From: Mobula hypostoma
Lineage: Eukaryota
Assembly (NCBI RefSeq): GCF_963921235.1
Contig: NC_086102.1
Coordinates: 96,038,001-96,102,000, forward strand
Reading direction: 5' to 3'
DNA length: 64,000 bases
Shown here: one piece after another, positions 40,001 through 55,000 of the stretch
Layout of the letters: every line of letters begins with the position of its first letter
How positions within the stretch are numbered: position 1 is the stretch's first letter
The notes under the pieces: model-generated
Databases searched by the model: none
What the model was told of the DNA's origin: nothing
The model's input: only the letters and a program-made list of their open reading frames with translations
Program-made: the position numbers and the translations under genes

Positions 40001-43000
40001 CACGGTCACCCTTTCGCACTGATAGAGTACATCTTGTCCTTACCCACCACACAATCGCCACGCCTTCAAAATGATAGAGTTCATCATGTCTTTACCCACC
40101 ACCCCATGGTCACCCCTTCACACTGATAGAGTTCATCTTGTCCTTACCCACGACACCATGGACACCTTTTCACACTGACAGAGTTCACCTTATCTTATCC
40201 ACCACCCCATGGTCACGCCTGCACACTAATAGAGATCCTCTTGTCATTACTCACCACACCATAGTCACCCCTTCACACTGACAGAATTCATCTTGTCCTT
40301 ACACACCACCCCACGGTCTCCCCTTCACACTGATAGAGTTCACCTTCTCCTCACCCACCGCTCCATGGTCACCCCTTCACACTGATAGAGTTCATCTTCT
40401 CGTTACCCACCGCTCCATGGTCACCCCTTCACACTGATGAAGTTCCTCTTGTCCTTACCCACGACACCATGGACACCTCTTCACACTGATAGAGTTCATC
40501 TTGTCCTTACTCACCACCCCATGGTCACCCCTTCACGCTGATAGAGTTCATCTTGTCCTTACTCACCACCCCATGGTCACCACTTCACACTGATACAGTT
40601 CATCTTGTCCTTACTCACCACCCCATGGTCACCCCTTCACGCTGATAGAGATCCTCTTCTCGTTACCCACTTCCCCATGGTCACCCCTTCACACTGATAG
40701 AGTTCATCTTGTCCTTACCCACGACACCATGGATACCTCTTCACACTGATAGAGCTCACCTTGTCTTATCCACCACCCCATGATCACCCCTTCACACCGA
40801 CAGAGTTCATCTTGTCGTTACTCACCACCCATGGTCACCTCTTCACACCAATAGAGTTCAACTTGTCGTTACCCTCCACACAATAGTCACCCCCTCACAC
40901 TGACAGAGTTCATTTTGTCCTGACTCACCACCATGGGCACCCCTTCACACCGATAGAGTTTCACCTTGTCTTATCCACCACCCCATGGTCAACCCTAAAC
41001 AGAGACAGAGTTCATCCTGTCGTTACCCACCACCCCATGGTCACCCCTTCACACTGATAGAGTTCATCATGTCTTTACCCACAACACCATAGTCTCCCAT
41101 TCACACCGACAGAGTTCACCTTCTCCTCACCCACCACTCCATGGTAACCCTTTCACACCGACAGAGTTCATCTTGTCGTTACCATCCACCCCACGGTCAC
41201 CCCTTCGCACTGAAAAGAGGTCATCTTCCCCTTACCCACCACCCCATGGTCACCCCTTCACACCGGTAAGAGTTCACCTTGTCCTCACCCACCACCACAT
41301 GGTCACCCGTTCACACCGACAGAGTTCATCTTGTCTTTACACACCACCCCATGGTCACCTCTTCACACCGAAAAGAGTTCATCTTGTCCTCACCCACCAC
41401 CCCACGGTCACCCTTTCACACTAATACAGTTCATCTTCTTGTAACCCTCCACCACACTGTCAGCCCAACACACTGATAGACTTCATCATTTCCTTACCCA
41501 TCAACCCCATGGTCACCCCTTCACACAGATAGAGATCCTCTTGTCGTTACTCACAACCCCATGGTCACCCCTTCACTCTGACAGAAATCCTCTTGTCGTT
41601 ACTCACAACCCCATGGTCACCCCTTCACTCTGACAGAGATTCTCTTGTCGTTACACACCAGCACATGGTCACCCTTTTACACCGACAGAGTTCATCTTGT
41701 CGTTACCATCCACCCCACGGTCCACCCTTCACACTGATAAACTTCATCTTGTCCTTACCCACGACACCATGGACACATCTTCACACTGATAGAGTTCACC
41801 TTGTCTTATCCACCACCCCATGGTCACCCCTTCACACCGGTAAGAGTTCACCTTGTCCTCACACACCACCCCATGGTCACCTCTTCACACCGAAAAGAGT
41901 TCACCTTGTCCTCACCCACCACCCCACCATCACCCTTTCACAATAATACAGTTCATCTTCTCGTAACCCTCCACCACACTGTCAGCCCTACACACTGATA
42001 GAGTTCATCATTTCCTTACCCACCACCCCATGGTCACCCCTTCACACAGATAGAGATCCTCTTGTCGTTACTCACCACCCCGTGGTTACCCCTTCACTCC
42101 GATAGAGATCCTCTTGTCGTTACACACCAGCACATGGTCACCCCTTCACACCGATAAGTTCATCTTGTCGTTACTCACCACACCAAGGTCACCCCTTAAA
42201 ACTGAGAGAGTACATCTTGTCGTTACCCTCCACCCCATGGCCACCCCTTCGAACTGATAGAGTTCATCTTGTCCTTGCCCACCACTCCATGGTCCCCCCT
42301 CACACCGACAGAGTTCACCTTGTCGTTACCCAGCACCCCATGGTCACCCCTTCACACTGATAGAATTCATCTTGTCCTTACTCACCACCCCATGGACACA
42401 TCTTCACATTGATAGAGTTCACCTTGTCTTATCCACCACCCCATGGTCACCCCTTCACACCGGTAAGAGTTCACCTTGTCCTCACACACCACCCCATGGT
42501 CACCCTTTCACACTGATAGATTTCATCCTGTCAATCCCCACCACCCCACAATCAACCCTTCACACTGATAGAGTTCATTTTGTCGTTACCCACCACCGAA
42601 TGGTCATCACTTCAGACTGAGAGAGTTCATCCTGTGCACACCCACCACCCCATGCTCATCCCCTCACACTGATACAGTTCATCTTGTCCTTACTCACCAC
42701 CCCATGGTCACCCCTTCACGCTGATAGAGATCCTCTTCTCGTTACCCACTTCCCCATGGTCACCCCTTCAAAATGATAGAGTTCGTCATGTCATTACCCA
42801 CCACCCCATGGGCACCCCTTCACACCGATACAGTTCATCTTGTTCTCACCTACGACCCCTCGGTCACTCTTTCACACCAACAGAGTTCATCTTGTCATTA
42901 CTCACCACACCAAGGACACCCCTTAAAACTGAGAGAGTACATCTTGTCGTTACCCTCCACCCCATGGCCACCCCTTCGAACTGATAGAGTTCATCTTGTC

Positions 43001-46000
43001 CTTGCCCACCACCCCATTGTCACCCCTTCAAAGTGATAAGAGTTCATCTTGTCCTTTCTCACAACTCCATGGTCACCCCTTCACACCGACAGAGTTCAAC
43101 TTGTCGTTACCCACCACACAATGGTCACCTCTTCACACTGAGACAGTTCATCTTGTCGTTACTCACCACCCCATGGTCACCCCTTCACACTGACAGAGTT
43201 CACCTTGTCGTTACCCAGCACCCCATGGTCACCCCTTCACACTGATAGAATTCATCTTGTCCTTACTCACCACCCCATGGACACATCTTCACACTGATAG
43301 AGTTCACCTTGTCTTATCCACCACCCCATGGTCACCCCTTCACACCGGTAAGAGTTCACCTTGTCCTCACACACCACCCCATGGTCACCCTTTCACACTG
43401 ATAGATTTCATCCTGTCGATACCCACCACCCCACAATCAACCCTTCACACTGATAGAGTTCATTTTGTCGTTACCCACCACCCAATGGTCATCCCTTCAG
43501 ACTGAGAGAGTTCATCCTGTGCACACCCACCACCCCATGCTCATCCCCTCACACTGATACAGTTCATCTTGTCCTTACTCACCACCCCATGGTCACCCCT
43601 TCACGCTGATAGAGATCCTCTTCTCGTTACCCACTTCCCCATGGTCACCCCTTCACACTGATAGAGTTCATCTTGTCCTTACCCACGACACCATGGACAC
43701 CTCTTCACACTGATAGAGTTCACCTTGCCTTCTCCACCACCCCATGGTCACCCCTTCACACCGACAGAGTTCATCTTGTCGTTACTCACCACCCATGGTC
43801 ACCTCTTCACACCAATAGAGTTCAACTTGTCGTTACCCTCCACACAATAGTCACCCCCTCACACTGACAGAGTTCATTTTGTCCTGACTCACCACCCCAT
43901 GGTCAATGCTTCACACCGATAGAGTTCATCTTGTCGTTACCCACCACCCCATGGTCACCCCTTCACACTGATAAAGTTCATCTTGTCCATACCCACGACA
44001 CCATGGACACCCCTTCACACCGATAGAGTTCACTTTGTCTTATCCACCACCCCATGGTCAACCCTAAACACAGACAGAGTTCATCCTGTCGTTACCCACC
44101 ACCCCATGGTCACGCCTGCACACTGATAGAGATCCTCTTGTCATTACTCACCACACCACAGTCACCCCTTCACACTGACAGAATTCATCTTGTCCTTACC
44201 CACCACCCCACGGTCACCCTTTCGCACTGATAGAGTACATCTTGTCCTTACCCACCACACAATCGCCACGCCTTCAAAATGATAGAGTTCATCATGTCTT
44301 TACCCACCACCCCATGGTCACCCCTTCACACTGATAGAGTTCATCTTGTCCTTACCCACGACACCATGGACACCTTTTCACACTGACAGAGTTCACCTTA
44401 TCTTATCCACCACCCCATGGTCACGCCTGCACACTAATAGAGATCCTCTTGTCATTACTCACCACACCATAGTCACCCCTTCACACTGACAGAATTCATC
44501 TTGTCCTTACACACCACCCCACGGTCTCCCCTTCACACTGATAGAGTTCACCTTCTCCTCACCCACCGCTCCATGGTCACCCCTTCACACTGATAGAGTT
44601 CATCTTCTCGTTACCCACCGCTCCATGGTCACCCCTTCACACTGATGAAGTTCCTCTTGTCCTTACCCACGACACCATGGACACCTCTTCACACTGATAG
44701 AGTTCATCTTGTCCTTACTCACCACCCCATGGTCACCCCTTCACGCTGATAGAGTTCATCTTGTCCTTACTCACCACCCCATGGTCACCACTTCACACTG
44801 ATACAGTTCATCTTGTCCTTACTCACCACCCCATGGTCACCCCTTCACGCTGATAGAGATCCTCTTCTCGTTACCCACTTCCCCATGGTCACCCCTTCAC
44901 ACTGATAGAGTTCATCTTGTCCTTACCCACGACACCATGGATACCTCTTCACACTGATAGAGCTCACCTTGTCTTATCCACCACCCCATGATCACCCCTT
45001 CACACCGACAGAGTTCATCTTGTCGTTACTCACCACCCATGGTCACCTCTTCACACCAATAGAGTTCAACTTGTCGTTACCCTCCACACAATAGTCACCC
45101 CCTCACACTGACAGAGTTCATTTTGTCCTGACTCACCACCATGGGCACCCCTTCACACCGATAGAGTTTCACCTTGTCTTATCCACCACCCCATGGTCAA
45201 CCCTAAACAGAGACAGAGTTCATCCTGTCGTTACCCACCACCCCATGGTCACGCCTGCACACTGATAGAGATCCTCTTGTCATTACTCACCACACCATAG
45301 TCACCCCTTCACACTGACAGAATTCATCTTGTCCTTACCCACCACCCCACGGTCACCCTTTCGCCCTGATCGAGTACATCTTGTCCTTACCCACCACACA
45401 ATCGCCACCCCTTCAAAATGATAGAGTTCATCATGTCTTTACCCACCACCCCATGGTCTCCCCTTCACACTGATAGAGTTCACCTTCTCCTCACCCACCG
45501 CTCCATGGTCACCCCTTCACGCTGATAGAGTTCATCTTCTCGTTACCCACCACCCCATGCACATCCCTTCACACCGATACAGTTCATCTTGTCCTCACCT
45601 ACCACCCCACGGTCACCCTTTCACACCGACAGAGTTCATCTTGTCCTTACCCACCACACCATGGTCCCCCCTACACACTGATAAGAGGTCATTTTCTCCT
45701 TACCCACCACCCCATGGTCACCACTTCACACTGGTAGGAGTTCCCCTTCTCCTCACCCACCGCCCCATGGTCACCCCTTCACACTGATAAAGTTCCTCTT
45801 GTCATTACCCACTACTCCATGGTCACCCCTTTACATTAATGGAGTTCATCTTGTCCTTACTCACCAGCCCATGGTCACCCTGTCACACTGATAGATTTCA
45901 TCCTGTCGTTACCCACCACCCCACAGTCAACCCTTCACACCGATAGATTTCATTTTGTCATTACCCACCACCCAATGGTCATCCCTTCAGACTGAAAGAG

Positions 46001-49000
46001 TTCATCCTGTCCTCACCGACCACCCCATGCTCATCCCTTCACACTGATAGAGTTGATCTTGTCGTTACTCACCACCCCATGGTCACCCCTTCACACCGAT
46101 ACAGTTCATCTTGTTCTCACCTACGACCCCTCGGTCACCCTTTCACACCAACAGAGTTCATCTTGTCATTACCATCCACCCCACGGTCACCCCTTCGCAC
46201 TGATAAGAGGTCATCTTCTCCTCACCCACCACCCCATGGTCACCCGTTCACACCGACAGAGTTCATCTTGTCTTTACACACCACCCCATGGTCACCTCTT
46301 CACACCGAAAAGAGTTCACCTTGTCCTCACCCACCACCCCACGCTCACCCTTTCACACTAATACAGTTCATCTTCTCGTAACCCTCCACCACACTGTCAG
46401 CCCAACACACTGATAGACTTCATCATTTCCTTACCCACCACCCCATGCTCACCCCTTCACACAGATAGAGATCCTCTTGTCGTTACTCACAACTCCATGG
46501 TCACCCCTTCACTCTGACAGAGATCCTCTTGTCGTTACACACCAGCACATGGTCACCCCTTCACACCGATAAGTTCATCTTGTCGTTACTCACCACACCA
46601 AGATCACCCCTTAAAACTGAGAGAGTACGTCTTGTCGTTACCCTCCACCCCATGGCCACCCCTTCGAACTGAAAGAGTTCATCTTGTCCTTGCCCACCAC
46701 CCCATGGTCACCCCTTCACACCGACAGAGTTCAACTTGTCGTTACCCACCACACAATGGTCACCTCTTCGAACTGAGACAGTTCATCTTCTCGTTACCCA
46801 CCACCCCACGGTCACCCTTTTACACCGACAGAGTTCATCTTGTCGTTACCATCCACCCCACGGTCACCCCTTCGCACTGATAGAGTTCATCTTGTCCTCA
46901 CCCACCACACCATGGTCACCCCTTCACACCGGTAAGAGTTCACCTTGTCCTCACACACCACCCCATGGTCACCCTTTCACACTCATAGATTTCATCCTGT
47001 CGTTACCCACCACCCCACAGTCAACCCTTCACACTGATAGAGATCCTCTTCCCGTTACCCACTTCCCCATGGTCACGCCTTCACACCGATACAGTTCATA
47101 TTGTCCTTACCCACGACACCATGGACACCTCTTCACACTGATAGAGTTCACCTTGTCTTATCCACCACCCCATGGTCACCCCTTCACACCGACAGAGTTC
47201 ATCTTGTCGTTACCCACCACCCCATGGTCACGCCTTCACACTGATAGAGATCCTCTTGTTACTCACCACACCATAAGTCACCCCTTCACACTGATAGAAT
47301 TCATCTTGTCCTCACTTACCACCCCACGGTCACTCTTTCACACCGACAGAGTTCATCTTGTCTTTACACACCACCCCATGGTCACCTCTTCACACCGAAA
47401 AGAGTTCACCTTGTCCTCACCCACCACCCCACTATCACCCTTTCATACCAATACAGTTCATCTTCTCGTAACCCTCCACCACACTGTCAGCCCTACACAC
47501 TGATAGAGTTCATCATTTCCTTACCCACAACCCCATGGTCACCCCTTCACACAGATAGAGATCCTCTTGTCGTTACTCACCACCCCATGGTTACCCGTTC
47601 ACTCCGATAGAGATCCTCTTGTCGTTACACACCACCCCATGGTTACCCATTTCACTCCGATAGAGATCATCTTGTCGTTACACACCAGCACATGGTCACC
47701 CCTTCACACTGATAGAGATCCTCTTGTCGTTACTCACCACAGCAAGGTCACCCCTTAAAACTGATAGAATTCATCTTGTCCATACTCACCACCCCATGGT
47801 CACCCCTTCACACTGATACAGTTCATCTTGTTCTCACCTACCTCCCCACGGTCACCCTTTCACACCGACAGAGTTCATCTTGTCGTTACCATCCACCCCA
47901 CGGACACCCCTTCGCACTGATAAGAGGTCATCTTCTCCTCACCCACCACCCCATGGTCACCCGTTCACACCGACAGAGTTCATCTTGTCTTTACCCACCA
48001 CCCCATGGTCACCTCTTCACACCGAAAAGAGTTCACCTTGTCGTCACCCACCACCCTACAGTCACCCTTTCACAATAATACAGTTCATCTTCTCGTAACC
48101 CTCCATCACACTGTCAGCCCTACACACTGATAGAGTTCATCATTTCCTTACCCACCACCCCATGGTCACACCTTCACACAGATAGAGATCCTCTTGTCAT
48201 TACTCACCACCCCATGGTTACCCCTTCACTCCAATAGAGATCCTCTTGTCGTTACACACCAGCACATGGTCACCCCTTCACACTGATAGAGATCCTCTTG
48301 TCGTTACTCACCACACCAAGGTCACCCCTTCACACTGATAGAGTTCATCTTCTCGTTACCCACCACCCCATTCACATCCCTTCACACTGATACAGTTCAT
48401 CTTGTTCTCACCTACCACCCCACGGTCACCCTTTCACACCGATAGAGTTCATCTTGTCCTTACCCACCACACCATGGTCCCCCCTTCACACTGATAAGAG
48501 GTCATCTTCTCCTTACCCACCACCCCATGGTCACCACTTCACACCGGTAGCAGTTCACCTTGTCCTCACCCACCACCCCACAGTCACCTTTTCACACTGA
48601 TAGAGTTCCCCTTCTCCTCACCCACCACCCCATGGTCACCCCTTCACACCGATACAGTTCATCTTGTCCTCACCTACCACCCGACGATCACTCTTTCACA
48701 CCGACAGAGTTCATCTTGTCGTTACCATCCACCCCAAGGTCACCCCTTCGCACTGATAAGAGGTCATCTTCTCCTAACCCACCACCCCATGGTCACCCGT
48801 TCACACCGACAGAGTTCATCTTGTCCTTACCCACCACCCCATGGTCCCCACTTCACACTGATAAGAGGTCATCTTCTCCTTACCCACCACCCCATGGTCA
48901 CCCCTTCATACCGATAGAGTTCATCTTGTCGTTACTCACCACACCAAGGTCACCCCTTAAAACTGAGAGAGTACATCTTGTCGTTACCCTCCACCCCATG

Positions 49001-52000
49001 GCCACCCCTTCGAACTGATAGAGTACATCTTGTCCTTTCCCACAACCCCATGGTCACCCCTTCACACTGATAAAGTTCATCTTGTCCTTACCCACAACAC
49101 CATGGACACCCCTTCACACTGATAGAGTTCATCTTCTCGTTACCCACCACACAATGCACATCCCTTCACTCTGGTAAGAGTTCACCTTGTCCTCATCCAC
49201 CACCCCACGGTCACCCTTTCACACCGATAGAGTTCACCTTGTCCTCACCCACCTCCCCATGGTCACCCCTTCACACTGATAAACTTCATCTTGTCCTTAC
49301 TCACGACACCATGGACACCTCTTCACACTGATAGAGTTCACCTTGTCTGATCCACCTCCCCATGGTCACCCCTTCACACCGACACAGTTCATCTTGTCGT
49401 TACCCACCACCCCATGGTCACGCCTTCACACTGATAGAGATCCTCTTGTCCTTACTCACCACCCCATGGTCACCCCTTCACACTGATAGAGTTCATCTTC
49501 TGGTTACACACCACCCCATGATCATCCCTTCACACCAATACAGTTCATCTTGTCCTCACCTACCACCCCACGGTTACCCTTTCACACCGACAGAGTTCAT
49601 CTTGTCCTTACCCACCACACCATGGTCCACCCTTCATACTGATAAGAGGTCATCTTCTCCTTACCCACCACCCCATGGTCACCCCTTCACACCGGTAAGA
49701 GTTCACCTTGTCCTCACACTCCCCCCCATGGTCACCCTTTCACACTGATAGATTTCATCCTGTCGTTACCCACCACCCCACAGTCAACCCCTCACACTGA
49801 TAGAGTTCATTTTGTCGTTACCCACTACCCAATGGTCATCCCTTCAGACTGAGAGAGTTCATCCTGTCCTCGTCCACCACCCAATGCTCATCCCTTCACA
49901 CTGATAGAGTTGATCTTGTCGTTACTCACCACCCCATGGTCACCCCTTCACGCTGATAGAGTTCATGTCCTTACTCACAAGCCCAGGGTCACCACTTCAC
50001 ACTGATACAGTTCATCTTGTCCTTACTCACCACCCCATGGTCACCCCTTCACGCTGATAAAGTTCATCTTGTCCTTATCCACGACACCATGGACACCTCT
50101 TCACACTGACAGAGTTCATCTTGTCCTTACTCACCACCCCATGGTCACCCCTTCACACCGACAGAGTTCATCTTGTCGTTACTATCCACCCCACGGTCAC
50201 CCCTTCGCACTGATAAGAGGTCATCTTCTCCTTACCCACCACCCCATGGTCACCTGTTCACACCGACAGAGTTCATCTTGTCTTTACACACCACTCCATG
50301 GTCACCTCTTCACACTAATACAGTTCATCTTCTCGTAACCCTCCACCACACTGTCAGCCCTACACACTGACAGAGTTCATCATTTCTATTACCCACCACC
50401 CCATGGTCACCCCTTTACACAGATAGAGATCCTCTTGTCGTTTCTCACCACCCCATGGTTACTCCTTCACACCGATAGAGTTCATTTTGTCGTTACCCAC
50501 CACCCAATGGTCATCTCTCCAGACTGAGAGAGTTAATCCTGTCCTCACCCACCACCCCATGCTCATTCCTTCACACTGATAGAGTTGATCTTGTCTTTAC
50601 TCACCTCCCCATGGTCACCCCTTCACACTGATAGAGATCCTCTTCTCATTAACCACCACTCCATGGTCACCCCTTCATACCGATACAGTTCATCTTGTCG
50701 TTACCCACCACCCCATGGTCACCCCTTCACACTGATAAAGTTCATCTTGTCCTTACCCACAACACCATGGACACCTCTTCACACTGATAGGGTTCACCTT
50801 GTCTTATCCACCACCCCATGGTCACCTCTTCACACCGACAGAGTTCATCTTGTCGTTATTCACCACACCATAGTCACCCCTTCACACTGATAGAATTCAC
50901 CTTGACCTTACTCACCACCCCACGGTCACCCTTTCACACTGATAGAGTACATTTTGTCCTTACCCACCACGCAATGGTCACCCCTTCAAAATGATAGAGT
51001 TCATCATGTCTTTACCCACCACCCCATGGTTACCTCTTCACACTGATAGAGTTCAACTTGTCGTTACCCACCACACAATGGTCACCCATTCACACAGGGA
51101 GTTCATCTTCTCATTACCCACCACCCCACAGTCAACCCTTCACACTGATACATTTCATCTTGTCCTTATTACCACCCCATGGACACCCCTACACGCTGAT
51201 AGAGATCCTCTTCTCCTTACCCACCACTCCATGGTCCCGCTTCACACCGACAAAGTTCATCTTGTCGTTACCCACCACCCCATGGTCACGCCTTTGCACC
51301 GATAGAGTTCATCTTCTCGTTACCCACCACCCCATGCACATCCCTTCACACTGATACAGTTCATCTTGTTCTCACCTACCGCCCCACGGTCACCCTTTCA
51401 CACCGACAGAGTTCATTTTGTCTTTACCATCAACCCCACGGTCACCCCTTCGCACTGATAAGAGGTCATCTTCTCCTTACCCACCACACAATGGTCACCC
51501 CTTCACACCAGTAAGAGTTCACCTTGTCCTCACCCACCACCCCACGGTCACCCTTTCACACCGATACAGTTCACCTTGTCCTCACCCACCACCCCATGGT
51601 CACCCCTTCACACTGATAAAGTTCCTCTTGTCGTTACCCACCACTCCATGGTCACCCCTTCACATTAATTGAGTTCATCTTGTCTTTACACACCACCCCA
51701 TGGCCACCCCTTCACACCAATACAGTTCATCTTGTCCTCACCTACCACCCCACGGTCACCCTTTCACACCGACAGAGTTCATCTTGTCGTTACCATCCAC
51801 CCCATGGTCACCCCTTCGCACTGATAAGAGGTCATCTTCTCCTTACCCACCACCCCATGGTCACCCCTTCACACCGGTAAGAGTTCACCTTGTCCTAACC
51901 CACCATCCCATGGTCACCCGTTTACACCGACAGAGTTTATCTTGTCTTTACACAACACGCCACGGTCACCTCTTTACACCGAAAAGAGTTCACCTTGTCC

Positions 52001-55000
52001 TCACCCACCACCCCACGGTCACCCTTTCGTACCGATAGAGTTCATCTTCTCGTAACCCACCACACAATGGTCACCCCTTCACACTGAGACAGTTCATCTT
52101 GTCATTACTTACCACCCCATGGTCACCGCTTCACACTGATAGAGATCCTCTTGTCGCTACTCACCACACCATAGTCACCCCTTCTCACTGATAGAATTCA
52201 TCTTGTCCTTACTCACCACTCCATGGTCACCCCTTCACACTGACAGAGGTCATCTTCTCGATACCCACCACCCCATGCACATCCCTTCGCACCGATACAG
52301 TTCATCTTGTCCTCACCTACCACCCCACGGTCAGCCTTTCACACCGACAGAGTTCATCTTGTCCTTACCACCACCCCATGGTCTCCCCTTCACACTGATA
52401 AGAGGTCATCTTCTCCTTACCCACCACCCCATGGTCACCCCTTCACACCGGTAAGAGTTCACCATGTCCTCACCCACAACCCCATGGTCACCCCTTCACA
52501 CTGATAAAGTTCCTCTTGTCGTTACCCACCACTCCATGGTCACCCCTTCACATTAATTGAGTTCATCTTGTCCTTACTCACCACCCCATGGTCACCCTTT
52601 CACACTGATAGATTTCATCCTGTCGTTACCCACCACCCCATAGTCAACCCTTCACACCGATAGAGTTCATTTTGTCGTTACCCACCACCCCATGGGCACC
52701 CCTTCACACCGACAGAGTTCACCTTCTCCTCACCCACCACTCCATGGTCACCCCTTCACACCGATACAGTTCATCTTGTCCTCACCTACCACCCCACGGT
52801 CACTCTTTCACACCGACAGAGTTCATCTTGTCGTTACTCACCACCCCATGGTCACCTCTTCACAATGATAGAGTTCAGCTTGTCCTTACACACCACCCCA
52901 TGGTCACCTCTACACACCGAAAAGAGTTCACCTTGTCCTCACCCACCACCCCACGGTCACCCTTTCACACCGATAGAGTTCATCTTCTCGTAACCCTCCA
53001 CCCCACGGTCAGCCCTACACACTGATAGAGTTCATCATTTCCTTACCCACCACCCCATGGTCACCCCTTCACACAGATAGAGATCCTCTTGTCGTTACTC
53101 ACCACCCCATGGTCACGCCTTCACTCCGATAGAGATCCTCTTGTCGTTACCCACACCCCATGGTCAACCCTTCACACTGATGGAATTCATCTTGTCCTTA
53201 CTCACCACCCCACGGTCACCCTTTGGCACTGATAGAGTTCATCTTGTCCTTACCCACCACACCATGGTCCCCCCTTCACACTAATAAGAGGTCGTCTTCT
53301 CCTTACCCACCACCCCATGGTCACCACTTCACACCGGTAGGAGTTCACCTTGTCCTCACCCACCACACCACGGTCACCCTTTCACACCGATAGAGATCCC
53401 CTTCTCCTCACCCACCACCCCATGGTCACCCCTTCACACTGATAGATTTCATCCTGTCGTTACCCACCACCCCACAGTCAACCCTTCACACCGATAGAGT
53501 TCATTGTGTCATTACCCACCACCCAATGGTCATCCCTTCAGACTGAGAGATTTCATCTTGTCCGCACCTACCACCCCATGCTCATCCCTTCACACTGATA
53601 CAGTTGATCTTGTCATTACTCACCACCCCATGGTCACCCCTACACACTAATAGAGTTCATCTTGTCCTTACTCACAAGCCCATGGTCACCCCTTCACACT
53701 AATAGAGTTCATCTTGTCTTTACACACCACCCCATGGTCACCTCTACACACCGAAAAGAGTTCACCTTGTCCTCACTCACCACCCCATGGTCACCCTTTC
53801 ACACTAATAGAGTTCATCTTCTCGTAAAACTCCACCTCTTGAGATCCTCTTGTCGTTACTCACCACCCCATGGTCACGCCTTCACTCCGATAGATATCCT
53901 CTTCTCGTTACCCAGCACCCCATGGTCAGCCCTTCACACTGATAGAGTTGATCTTGTCGTTACCAACCAGCCCATGGTCACCCCTTCACACTGAGACAGT
54001 TCATCTTGTCATTACCCACCACCCCACAGTCAACCCTTCACACTGATACAGTTCATCTTGTCCTTATTACCACCCCATGTCCACCCCTTCACTCCGATAG
54101 AGATCCTCTTCGCGTTACCCACCACCCCATGGTCTCCCCTTCACACTGATAGAGTCACTTTCTCCTCACCCACCACTCCATGGTCACCCCTTCACACTGA
54201 TAGAATTCATCTTGTCCTTACTCACCACACAATGGTCACCCCTTCACAGTGATTAGAGTTCAGCATTGTCCTTACTCACCACTCCATGCTCACCCGTTCA
54301 AAATGATAGAGTTCACCTTGTCATTAACCACCACTCCATGATCCCGCTTCACACCGATAGAGTTCATCTTGTCGTTACCCACCACCCCATGGTCACGCCT
54401 TCACACTGATAGAGCTCATCTTCTCGTTACCCACCACCCCATGCACATCCCTTCATACCGATACAGTTCATCTTGTCCTCACCTACCACCCCACGGTCAC
54501 CCTTTCACACCGACAGAGTTCATCTTGTCGTTACTCACCACCCCATGGTCACCCCTTCACACTGATAGAATTCATCTCGTCTTTACTCACCACCCCATGG
54601 TCACCCCTTCAGATTAATTGAGTTCATCTTGTCCTTACTCACCACCCCATGGTCACCCCTTCACACTGATAGAGTTCATCTTGTCTTTACACACCACCCC
54701 ATGGTCACCTCTTCACATTAATTGAGTTCACCTTGTCCTCACCCACCACCCCACAGTCACCCTTTCACACTAATAGAGTTCATCTTCTCGTAAAACTCCA
54801 CCTCTTGAGATCCTCTTGTCGTTACTCACCACACCAAGGTCACCCCTTCACACTGATAGAGATTCTCTTCTCGTTACCCACCACCCCATGGTCAGCCCTT
54901 CACACTGATACAGTTCATCTTGTCCTTATTACCACGCCATGGTCACGCCTTCACACTGATACAGTTCAACTTGTCGTTACTCACCACCCCATGGTCACCC

